64,000 nt of DNA. Origin: Saccostrea echinata (Eukaryota). The notes under the pieces were generated by a model. That model was given only the letters and a program-made list of their open reading frames with translations. It was not told the origin of the DNA and searched no databases. How positions within the stretch are numbered: position 1 is the stretch's first letter; each line of letters opens with the position of its first letter. Both the position numbers and the translations under genes were made by a program. The stretch is taken from the NCBI RefSeq assembly GCF_033153115.1, contig NW_026889782.1:9982001-10046000 (forward strand), read 5' to 3'. Positions 53,290 through 64,000 of this stretch are shown here, one piece after another.

Positions 53290-53400
53290 ATTCAAGAGAA
53301 ATAAATAAACAGACATATCTTATATATATAGTTATTCCTATTAAGATAAAACAGCAAATTTGTATGACATTCTTCAGAAACATTAACACTATAATAACCA

Positions 53401-53439
<39 letters not shown>

Positions 53440-53939
53440 CATTTTCAGCATATAATCTTAAAGCAAAGTGCACATTGCTTGAAGCTAATTATTCTTATAC
53501 AAGTTGTCTTATTACAATATATAACATATAATAATATTGTAACAATATGCCATATTGTAACAATAAGAAAACACCAACATATTCATCTATTTTTAACACT
53601 TTTCATTTATGGAGCCTTCGACAAAACATATAAATAATGGTGAAGAATGATAATCTTGACAAATTCCGCTTGCTTTCATTTCAGTTAACATGTGGTAATA
53701 TTTGGAAAGTTTCAGATTTTCATATCTTAAGTATGGGATAAATTCTAGCTTATGTTTAATATCAAAAAATTGTGATTTAGCTTACCATTTCACACCTTAG
53801 CATATGTGGCGAATTTTCGCTTATTTTTTTCTTTTTCAAGCTAAAATTTAGTCTCGTGATGACCTTTTTTCAAGTCAAAATATAAAGTTCTGTTACTAAA
53901 TGACTATCTTTTGCAGCTTTCAGATTTAGCATAGATTTA

Positions 53940-53941
<2 letters not shown>

Positions 53942-54013
<72 letters not shown>
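53942..54013. repeat. (TA)n microsatellite
   Basis: About 36 units. Confidence 0.98.
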
Positions 54014-54015
<2 letters not shown>

Positions 54016-54983
54016 CCTCTTTTTGTTCAGTATTTGAAATATATCAGAAACAAAAGTTACATTTTTTAGTAAACCAATTTTTTCATCAGATGAGAAATTT
54101 AAGCTTAAAGTGAGAAAATGCGTTTATGACAAAATGTTTATTTGTTAAGGATTTTGAAATGATTGGCAAATTATTGTATGATAAAGGGATAAAACTGAAA
54201 GATAAATAAATGTTAAATAATTCGAGTAAAAATCTCTGCATAAATTTACACATAAATTTAATGTTATACAAATGTGGATAATGCTAAAATCCGTGATAAC
54301 TACATGTACATAAATATCTTCAGAGGTATTACAAGCAAAAGTGCACTTAATCAAGAGAAAGTTTATATAAATACATATAAGTTAGGTTTCTCAAATTATG
54401 CCAAAAGATAAAGGCTCCTTTATTTCTATCTGAACTTCTCTTACACATTTTTTTCCAGTAGCAAATTCATATCTTGGAATGTAATTTTTTATGTGCTGTA
54501 GATGAGAGATCAGATTTCGAAATTTTTAGTTTGAGGAGGGGGTGGGGGGAGGGGGTTTGAGGGTCGAAAAGTGACTTTTTTCCTTCGAAAACCTGGGTTT
54601 TTGAACTCTTCGTACATTTTTACAGTAACTTATTCATCTTCTGGAACATGAATCGTGGTTTCCTGTGAAGTTTCGGAATCTACATTTTTACTCTTGGCGT
54701 CGATGTTGGAATTAGTTTCTAATAGTATGATCTAAATATCTAAATATGTGAAATGCCTTTATATTATCACTTTTTTGTTTTGTAACTTTGTTTGTTCCTT
54801 TTTTCGCAATAGTTGATGACGACCGTAAAAAATTTACTTTTTGGTCTGGAGAAATATGCATATATTCAGTTAAAAGATGTACAGATACATGTGAGCACGT
54901 ATCGTCTATTTGATCTTCATTACTAAAATGTTTATGGGCCCCTTCAACAGGATTTGTGAGGTTTGTATTTTAAATTCTATGAA

Positions 54984-57900
54984 TTATGGATTTGCCTCGG
55001 CTCCTGCCTTTTGTAAATCCTTTAATATATTCTCATGTTTACCTTCAATTGCGGCTTTAACTGGTGTTACATGATGTAAAGTTTCTAAGGTTACATCTGC
55101 TCCAGCATCAAGCAGTTCCGTCACAACCTGTACTTGCCCACTGAAACATGCAGCTGTCAATGGTGTTTGATATTTATTTTTAGGATTGACATCTGCTCCT
55201 AAATTTATCAACTCTTTCACTAAACTCAAATGGCCACCCTTGCAAGCATATGTCAATGGTGAATCGTTAGAACTTTGGGGATTGATTTCTGCCCCCGCCT
55301 TTAATAATTCCTGCGTGAGGCTCATATACCCATGGCTACATGTTGCTCCCAGTGCTGTTGTGTATTCATTTCTTAAAGTGAAGGCTAGCCTCAACCCGAA
55401 TGATCTTTCATCACATTTAGTCATTTGATTTACATCAGCTCCAGCGTTTAATAGTTTCATGACTACGTTCGCATGATTGCCATTACATGCAGCTATCAAT
55501 GGTGTTTCATAATTTCCTTGTAGATTTATTTTGGCATCATTCTTTATAAGTTCCATCACTATATTCAAGTGTCCTCCTTGGCATGCAGCTATCAGTGGCG
55601 TACCATTACGATCTTGTGTATTGATATCTGCCCCCACCTTTATCAGTTCTCTTGCCAAATCGATATGTCCCCCTCTGCAGGCTGTTGTTAATGGTGCGTT
55701 TATCATATCCGGACTTATAAAAGTGCGTAACTTTTTTGATTCTCCGGAGGCAATAATTAGAGATAAATTACATAAATACTGTTCTAACTTATCATCTCGA
55801 GATTTCATATAGTCTGTAACTGCTAAAAAACTATCTATGCGCCGAGTATACGATGGTGGTATATCGCATTCATACATGTACCGGTTTCCTCTTCGAGTCC
55901 GAAAATTATATCGCGAACGCAATTGCTTCTTTGTACATATGTTATGACTACAGTTCTTTGCAGCTTTCAAGGCCTCGTAAAATTTACTTTCATGATTTAC
56001 ATCAGCCTGAAACTTCAGCAGTTCCTTTGCCACATTTAAATGCCCATTTTCACATGCTGCTGAAAGTGGTGAATAACAATCTCCATGTAGACTGACCTCA
56101 GCTCCTTCTTTAAGCAGTAATTTGACAACATTTAAATGTCCATGATAACATGCAGCTGATAATGGTGTTTGATATGGAATATATCCTTCATTCTTCGGAT
56201 TTACTTCCGCCCCCGATTTCAGTAGTTCATTCACTATATTCACATACCCTCCCTTACAAGCAGCTATCAGTGGGGATTCACCTACACTATATGTATTGAC
56301 ATTTGACCCTGCCTTTAGTAGCTCTTTTACCACTTCATAATGCCCGCCCTTACATGCTGAAACAAGTGGTGTTAACACTATATTAATATCGACACCTCCT
56401 AGTATCAGATGTTGTTTCATCAATCCCAAACGATCAGGTGTATATTCAGTAACAAGCGGGAACTTTACATGAAGCAAATCACGTTGTAGATTGACATCAG
56501 TTCTTCTATTTATCAGTTCTCTCACAACATCTTCGTGTCCATGGCCACAAGCAGCTGTTAGAGGAGTATCCTGTCGCCAATAATCAAAAATATAACCTTG
56601 GTAACGAGACGTTCTATTCAATGAATTTTCATTGACATGTTCCAGTAAAATTTTAACAGTCTCAACATCACCACTATAACAACCAATTACCAGTAAGCGA
56701 GTACTTTCAACAAATAAATCACTGGTGTCACAGGTTTCCTTCACAGATGTGTCACTGGAATTGGCATCAGAGGTTACTTCAAACACGATAGCCATATCTG
56801 TTCCCTGCTTGATCACGTTATTCACTGAAGTTCGTGAATGACCTAGTTCAGAAAAATCTGATCGTGGACAGGGAGTTTCATAATTCTGAAAAAGTTTGCA
56901 CTGTGTTTCTTTATTTTGCTCTGTTTGGTCCACAATGTATCGAAGAATATTGTGATGCCCATAGTAAATCACCCAACTGATCACTCTAATATTCAATTCA
57001 TGATTCTCAGATATCTCTCGTAATCCAACTAACAATCTTTGTCTAATGAACTCTTTATTTCCTGCATTCCAAATTTTCAGTACATCTGCTTTGCTTTTCA
57101 GTAATAATTTCAAAAATTGATCATTCTTCTGGGACAGAAATATATCTTTTATATCCATATATCTCTTACTATTCAACACAGCAAGAAATGCCTGACAAAC
57201 CTGAGGATACTTTAGATGATCGCTCATAAATACATCGTACAATTGCATGTCCTCAATGTCTCGAAACAAACGTTCTGCTAACAATGGAAAATATTCCTCT
57301 TGTAATTTAACAGAAAGATCATGTGATATTCTGCTAGCATTGCTTTCATCAACACGAACTGCTTTCTCAAACATTTCCTTGCTTTCACTTTCATTAGTTT
57401 CGGTTTTGCATTTCTGAGGCTTAACGTAATTGGCAATGTAGCTAGAACTCAGGTATTTTAAAATAAGGTCTGGGCACTTCTGTCCGAAATGATGAGCAAT
57501 TATTTCAAACATTGAGTCATGAATGAAGGTGTACTCTCTGTCACACAATTTTGTATACGTTCCGTTCATTTCACGCAATGCATCGACAAATTCAAAATCA
57601 TCAGTTTGACTTCTCATTTTCAATTTCTTGCAGACAGCTTGCTTGATTTCACCAAAGTTTCCACCAATTGCTACTTGTCCTGTATTCTCTAGAATTTCCT
57701 CTGATAATCTGCTTCCGTTTATCATACATAATACCAAAGAAGCATAATGTAGTTTGTTATCATTGTACATTTTCTCAAATTCAGCCAATATACAATGAAT
57801 TGGACATTCAAAAAACCTTGGACCATATGATAGGAATTCTTCCTTTGGAAACAGTTTGCAGAGTAAAGGAAACATCTTTGAAGCAGATCCTAAATCAGAC

Positions 57901-58429
57901 TTGGACAAAACCGAGGTATCTATCTTATATGCTTCCATTAAACCTATTTTTTCCTTCTCGTTTAATTCATTCTCATCACTATGAAACAAAAATATATTGC
58001 TTTCTTCTGAGAAAAATGCACTTGAAGTTTTTGCCTTATTATACACCGTTTCTCTGCATGTCAGAAGTATTTTCGAATCTGGCATCGCTGGGTTTAATAT
58101 CATTTGCTCATAATCTATCAGAAGATCCATCTTTGACTGCTGAAACCCAAATTTACCTACCACATCATCCAGTACAAAAACTTGTGGATTCAGAGGATCA
58201 CAAAATAATTTCATTTGTCCTATTTCATTGACAGGCACAACTTCGTAATTTTTGTCCCGGAGAGTAAGTGCAGTATGACGAGCCATGACAGTTTTACCAG
58301 ATCCTGGTACGCCAACAAAGACCACGCACGGCTGCTTCTTGACTTTTTCAAGCACTGAAGGGTAGTTGTGTATTTCAGAAAAAACTTTATCCTCTTCCTC
58401 CCACTTTAAAATTTCTTTCTCGTGAAGAA
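54984..58429 (-). CDS. 3.4-kb terminal exon: STAND NTPase plus ankyrin array
   Basis: 1123-aa ORF extended in frame to the acceptor TTTTTAAG at 58430. Confidence 0.92.
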
Positions 58430-60894
58430 CTTAAAAATAAATTGGTGTACATAAAATATGATGTAAGAACTTTAAACTTTAGCTTACAAATCTCTTTTAG
58501 TTAGGGAAGAAAGGTTGTTTTTATATATCTGTAGCTTTCTTTTTCATGATTTGAAAGAACTTTAATCTTCAGTGTCCAGGAATGCTTGTAAATTAGCTTG
58601 TCTATTTGTACCCTTGAAGTTCTTGAGAATATTCATTTATTGAATGTAAAACCATAATATTCCTAAGCTAAATGTGAATAAATTTTAATGGACCTATAAG
58701 AGTTTTTAGCTTCAAAATTTGAATTCAATCTATATGAAGAGATGATAACATTGATGTGACCTTGTTGTAAGAGTAAAATAAAAGTCATTTTAGCAATATA
58801 CTTGAAAATTCAAAATTTTTTTTACATCTGTGATTTCCTACATCCTAGTAATGATTTCTTACTTTTTATAACATGTTCTCTCCTTTATACAGTGGATATT
58901 AATCATATGAAATCGTTTTTATATCAACAGATGTGCCGTCATTATGCTTTTGTGTAAAAGTAATGGTCAAATGAGGTATGTTCATTTATAATCTAGTGTA
59001 AATCATGTGTTAGCTATATGTAAAATATGAGATAAAAAAGATATCCCATTGGTTTGTGGTTCGAAGTGATTTCTATCCGAGGCTTGGGAATAGAAACACA
59101 TAACTCATTTGATAAAAAATTATATCCAACCACAAACCATAGGACATTCTTTATTTATCACTGTTTGAAAAAATATTATTCTAATAGATATAAGTATTTT
59201 ATAAGTCTTTTATAAAATTCATTCAGAAATTCATATGAATGTTTTATGGACAAAGCCTTCTAATCCCGAAGAGCGAGATATAATTTTTGTTTTTCAAATT
59301 GGGTTTTCTTTACTAGAACTTATTGTGGTCTTTCGACATTGATAACCATTAATTTCAAATCTGAAGATCAACTCACCTTTCACATTGCGAGGAATTGGAC
59401 GCTTTAAGTTGATTATTTCCGCTGAAATATAAACATTCTATATATAATTGTCCAATTCATACTTTGATTTCTTTAGGGTATATTTTGCATTTTCCCCGTT
59501 TAATGTACATTTATTTCACAATTTTAAAATCATGTTTATAATCCATAATGGTTAGTGTCAGATGAGATATCATTATTTTGTTTTAATCTTACATTTAACC
59601 CAGAGATAAGTAACCAGTATGATAAATCTGCGGTAAATTAGTTCCAGAAATGTATTTATAAACATTACAAAATAAAAATAATTGACACGATATGACTGCA
59701 ATTCCTGTCTTAGTCACAACGCTCTGAATGGCGAATAACAATATGCATGAGATACATTTATTGTAACTTTTTTTAAATTTTAAAGAAGAAAGAAAGAAAA
59801 AAAAACGAAGAGGAAATAACCTTAAACATTGTCTATATGTACTTATCATAAATAGGACAAATAGCAATTCTTTTCATTTACTAGGAAACTGTTTCTATTT
59901 AGACTACTTATTTGCATATCATTTAACAAATTAAAGCATACATATTGAAAAAAAATCTTTACAAAAAAAACTTTCTAAATTATACATTGAATTTGTTTTA
60001 TTTACCTGAATTCTATAACAGTATGATTTCACTTCAGTACTTATCGAATATATAAAGAGATTAAAGATGTGCTTCAATTTAAAGAAATTTTTGATAAATG
60101 TCAACTCACACGCTTCACAGTACTATTAGTACTTTGATTTCAAACACTTCTGCAAGTCGCTAGATTCATTTGAATTTTAGACTGTGTTCAATAGTGAGTA
60201 GAACAGAAATGGCTCGAATACCTGTTCATGATTTTTTTTTGGTCATTATATAATAAAAAATCCTACCTGAAAGACTTTCAACCTTATCAGATAATTCATC
60301 AATAGCAGCAAGTTTATTGATATATTCCAACTCTTTTTGTGGATCCATGGGACATTTCTTAATGTCTTTCACAGCATCCTCGTAGAAAGTAGCCGTCCCT
60401 AATGTTAGTTCTAATTCCTTCACAATTTCATGAATGTTTCGCCATTCCTGTCGAAAATCCGAATCAGAGATCGAAAATTCATTGATGTGTCCATAATATT
60501 TGTTTCGTATCAGACGTACTCTTTCAATATTTGCTGACTCACTTCTGTCCCCAGGATCTGGATCCTTTCCCCATCCATTTGTGTGTGGAGGTATTTTAGA
60601 TATGTTACGGAGGAGTAGATATAACAAGCCAATATCAAAATCGGAGTAATTGCCGCCATAATGTTTTGTTGGCAAAGGAAAGATAAGATCCGTTCGTTGG
60701 TTATTGAAAGGACTGCGTTGTTTTGTGTTTGCAGGGTCATTAATCCACTTCTTAAATTCTTTTGACAGATCTAATGGTAAAATTTCTTTTTTTAGAACTT
60801 CACGAAGAACATCTGTACAGGGCCCCAAGATAAGTCGTGCAAGTCTAGCAAGGTTAGTTGTTTCGGCCGTTGATGAGTATTTTGATAAAGACAT
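54984..60894 (-). CDS. HEPN (DZIP3-like) - STAND NTPase (nSTAND3-like) - ankyrin-repeat protein, NLR-like, ~1372 aa
   Basis: Exons 60894-60267, 59421-59377, 58429-54984; GT-AG introns, both phase 1; total 4119 nt. HEPN: DFDIGLLYLLLRN and IERVRLIRNKYYGH. NTPase: Walker A GVPGSGKT (58290-58313), Walker B VFVLDD, ILLTCR, FPLLC, FIHD. Twelve canonical TPLxxAC..GH ankyrin repeats plus about 2 degenerate ones. Confidence 0.88.
59028..59160. mobile_element. Short MITE-like inverted repeat in an intron of the STAND gene
   Basis: ATCCCATTGGTTTGTGGTT vs AACCACAAACCATAGGACAT. Confidence 0.55.
59377..59421 (-). CDS. 45-nt linker micro-exon (AEIINLKRPIPRNVK)
   Basis: TTTCAG| and AAAG|GTGAGT, symmetric phase 1-1, no stop codon. 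Confidence 0.75.
60267..60894 (-). CDS. Exon encoding DZIP3-like HEPN domain plus helical linker
   Basis: ORF 60226-60894; acceptor CTAACAG just upstream (AG at 60902-60901); donor G|GTAGGA. Confidence 0.88.
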
Positions 60895-60931
60895 CCTTAT
60901 CTGTTAGAAAAAAAATAGAAGCTTCATTTCT

Positions 60932-61515
60932 TTAGTAATGCAGCGTAACTCGTAAAATAGATTATAATACTTATTGATGGAGTTATTTTGAATTCATCCC
61001 AATCATGTTAATATTTCTTTTTTTAATTGATAATGCTGTGGTTAGATAACTGTGAACTATATTCACAAACAGTAAATGTCTTATGTCTAATACTTCTTTC
61101 CTTACAAACAGCTCACTGAAGCTTGTTTTTGCTTAAATGCACATTTAGGAAAGGACAATTGTCTGAGAATGAAATATCTCATTTATTATAAATACAATAT
61201 TGGATTCACAAACAAAGGGGGAAATCAGCAAACATCAAATATTTTGTCACCTAGTTACATAACATTACATCACATTTATCCTGATTTCCCCCCAAAACAA
61301 TATTTTAAAAAATAACAATTATGGTACTGTTTAGTTCAATCATAAATGTCGAAAAATTGTTAGTAGTGCAGCGTAAAATAAACAATCGAAAAATACTTAA
61401 TAATCATACATGGAGTTATTTTGAAGATATCCCAAATTAATCATGTTAATATTTCTTTTAATTGAAAAGCATTGGGCAGATAATTGTAAACTATATTAAC
61501 AAACTGTAAATGTTT
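60932..61515. repeat. Diverged ~150-bp direct duplication (60932-61080 / 61360-61515)
   Basis: TAGT.TGCAGCGTAA..ATGGAGTTATTTTGAA..CATGTTAATATTTCTTT..AACTATATT occurs twice. Confidence 0.75.
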
Positions 61516-64000
61516 TGTTAAATTTTGATTCGGTAGCGACACATGTTGCAAACTTGTGGCTGCTTAGTATATGAAATTTGCTCATTCTCATAAATTCTAT
61601 CCGAAAACATTCAAACAATGGAATGATGGTATGACACTTCTATTCAGACACCTTTGTCCAATGAAAATAATCGGCCTGTCCTGTATTTTTTTGTAAAAAG
61701 CCGAACATCATTTCGGAGCAAATTTCCTTGTGTAAACGAGTGAAACATTTCGGCGCATTCACAAAAAAATCCGTATGGTTTTTTTTGTTAAGCTTTGTAA
61801 GTATTTTAGAACATTTTGATTTCCTCAAGATTTATTTTTTTTGCATGTTTATCAAAAGAATATACCAAGCATACCAAATATAATTTAATTATGGACGCCG
61901 CCTTAAAAACTTACCCAGAATTGCTACAGAATAGAGAGGTTGACCTTGTATGTCTACGTGTACGTTTAGCTAGGGAATTCCCCTAATTTACTGCAACCCT
62001 ATTTTGGATCTTTTATCCCCTGCCCCCTCTCCCTCTCTCTCTCTCATGTGGATTCAGCATGTCAGGATTGATTTTAATGGAAGCTAGTCAACTTATTATA
62101 TTTTTAAAACGCAGGATCTCGGGGTTTGGGCCCTCCTTTCCGTTTTTCCCCTTTTTAAATCTTGGATCGACACACTTTTTTCCCTCTTCGTGTATTCCAG
62201 TATGTAAGGTTGTTCGAAAAGTTCATTTTCAATCTTAGTTAAAATCAAGAAATTCATGATCAGCATAGTATCATATTTTGATAGCATTTTGGAACCATGC
62301 CTCTTGATTCTAAAAAAAAACATTTTTTTTACCACGGAAAATACTTAACAGCATTGTAACCTCAAAAACAACATAATGGGTTACCCAAAACTATTCTCCT
62401 TTCACTCTACCCTATACATTTCACATACAGTCTGAAGTTATGCCCACTTAAAATCAAAGAAAAAAAAATAAGAAAAAGAAGAAAAAAAAACTTTCTATAT
62501 CATTTGACATTTAGTTTGATAAAAAAAAAATTCTGCAGCAAAGGTTCCTTTGTAAATATTTTCCTTTTTTTATTTTACTGTGTATCTCTGATATCAACAG
62601 ATCCGCAACAGTTAAGCGCCAATCTCTCTTTCCAAGAGGATATAAACTTGTAATCTGATTTTTTCTGATAATCCATTTCCTTACAGATGGTATATCGTCT
62701 AATACAAAGTACCTACTACCAAAAAACCGCTTGTGATATTTAAGGGACAGCTAGTTGATTCTGAAAGGGGACACCTGGCAAAATTGTTCGGGTTAGATTA
62801 TTTTTTTATTCCAGTCAAGGACAGATTATTAACAGGGAATGTTTGACAAGAAAAATAAAAGAAGGTAAAATGTCCAAACACCGAAAGTCTACTTCATGGG
62901 GATTGGGTGGTGGTCAGTGCTAGTTAAGGTCAGTGCTAGTTAAGGTCAGATTGATTATTTTCTTGCCAGTTGAGGTCAGAGTATTTATTTTCAATAATTT
63001 CAAGGCCAAATTATTTACATTAAATTTCCAAAACTGCCATCCCCTTCCCCCTCAGAACCAAATGGTCGTCCCCTTACACTCAAATGCTCACTTTAAACGT
63101 ATCCTCTGTTTCCTTCATCATTTTTATAGTTTATTCTGGAGATTTCAAGAGTGCAACACAAAATTGTATTGATACTCGCTGCTCCTTGACGTTCTTCGAT
63201 GCCATCTTTTCTTCTTCTCTTTTGTTCTCTCTCGGTATATTAGGGCGTTATAATTATGTGTAGTATCAGTTAATAGCCAGCTGCCACAAATCCTACATTT
63301 GAGTGATTTAATTGAAATATTTACAAATCGATGGCACTTAGAAGTTAAACTGAAGGATGAACGAAAAGAATTATTCGTAATAAATTTATTGATGTATGTA
63401 TATTTTATGTTGTATCCTTACTTTAGATATATACAATCACGCGAAGTTTAAGCAAGGTGAGGCAGATGACGAGAAAACCTAAATCCCTTAATTTATTGAT
63501 CAGTCGGAAAAAAAAAATTAAAACAGGTCATTGAGACAAAATATTGATAAAATGGAATGCATATTAGAATACATGAATAGGAAAAATGTATGTGTATCCC
63601 ACATTTAAAAAGAAAAAAAAAATGGAGAGGGGGGTAACCATACCCCCAAGCCCCTTGCTTTAACAAGAATTGGTTTAACAAAACCCCTTCAAAATGTCTG
63701 TCCGTCAGTTAGGTTTTGGCGGGCATATAATAAACAATGGGCTGTACTGTTCATGGTAATTGCGTACAATCCATTACTGAATCCCTCGAGTCATTACATA
63801 TATTCATACTGGTGAATTCAAATATTAAGAAAAATAAAACCTTTCGAACAATAAATCAATGAAAACAAGAACTTACCTTTCATGTTGTCATAACCTGGTT
63901 AATGTATAACAGTACATAAAATTACAGGGATTTCTCTTCCTGTTAGTTTATCATATTCTTCCCTATTTTCCAAAAACACCATTAATAACCTTCACCCTAC

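Noticed and set aside
55186-58231. + strand ORFs overlapping the STAND-ANK exon
   Set aside because: Antisense shadows of the real coding frame.
60110-60149. Extra micro-exon in the HEPN-STAND gene (CAG|...|GTGAGT)
   Set aside because: 40 nt, frameshifting, with an in-frame TGA in the required phase; at most a decayed or poison exon.
61909-63880. 5'UTR exons of the STAND gene (minus-strand GTAAGT donors at 61914 and 63876)
   Set aside because: An upstream exon is likely given the acceptor at 60901, but I cannot choose between the donors without transcript data.

Overview
AT-rich, intron-containing animal genomic DNA. The repeat families (Helentron-type non-autonomous elements carrying ~150-170 bp satellite units, V-domain tRNA-derived SINEs) point to a bivalve, most likely an oyster. 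I reconstructed two protein-coding genes by hand, arranged tail-to-tail. (1) A complete NOX5 (EF-hand, Ca2+-activated NADPH oxidase) on the + strand: 15 phase-compatible exons, 22458-44103, about 847 aa, with an acidic N-terminal extension and possibly a further exon about 20 kb upstream. (2) A 3-exon NLR-like gene on the - strand (60894-54984, about 1372 aa): DZIP3-type HEPN domain with an intact R-x5-H RNase motif, then an nSTAND3-like P-loop NTPase, then about 12-14 ankyrin repeats. The rest is a patchwork of transposon relics: HINE/Helentron elements, SINEs, a TTAA-flanked Kolobok-like element, MITEs, a decayed Penelope-like retroelement, an L1/Tx1 3' fragment and two inverted 21-bp minisatellite elements. 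There is also a 128-bp exact orphan copy of ankyrin-coding sequence and a 162-N gap. All family assignments come from motif recognition by eye, not from database searches.
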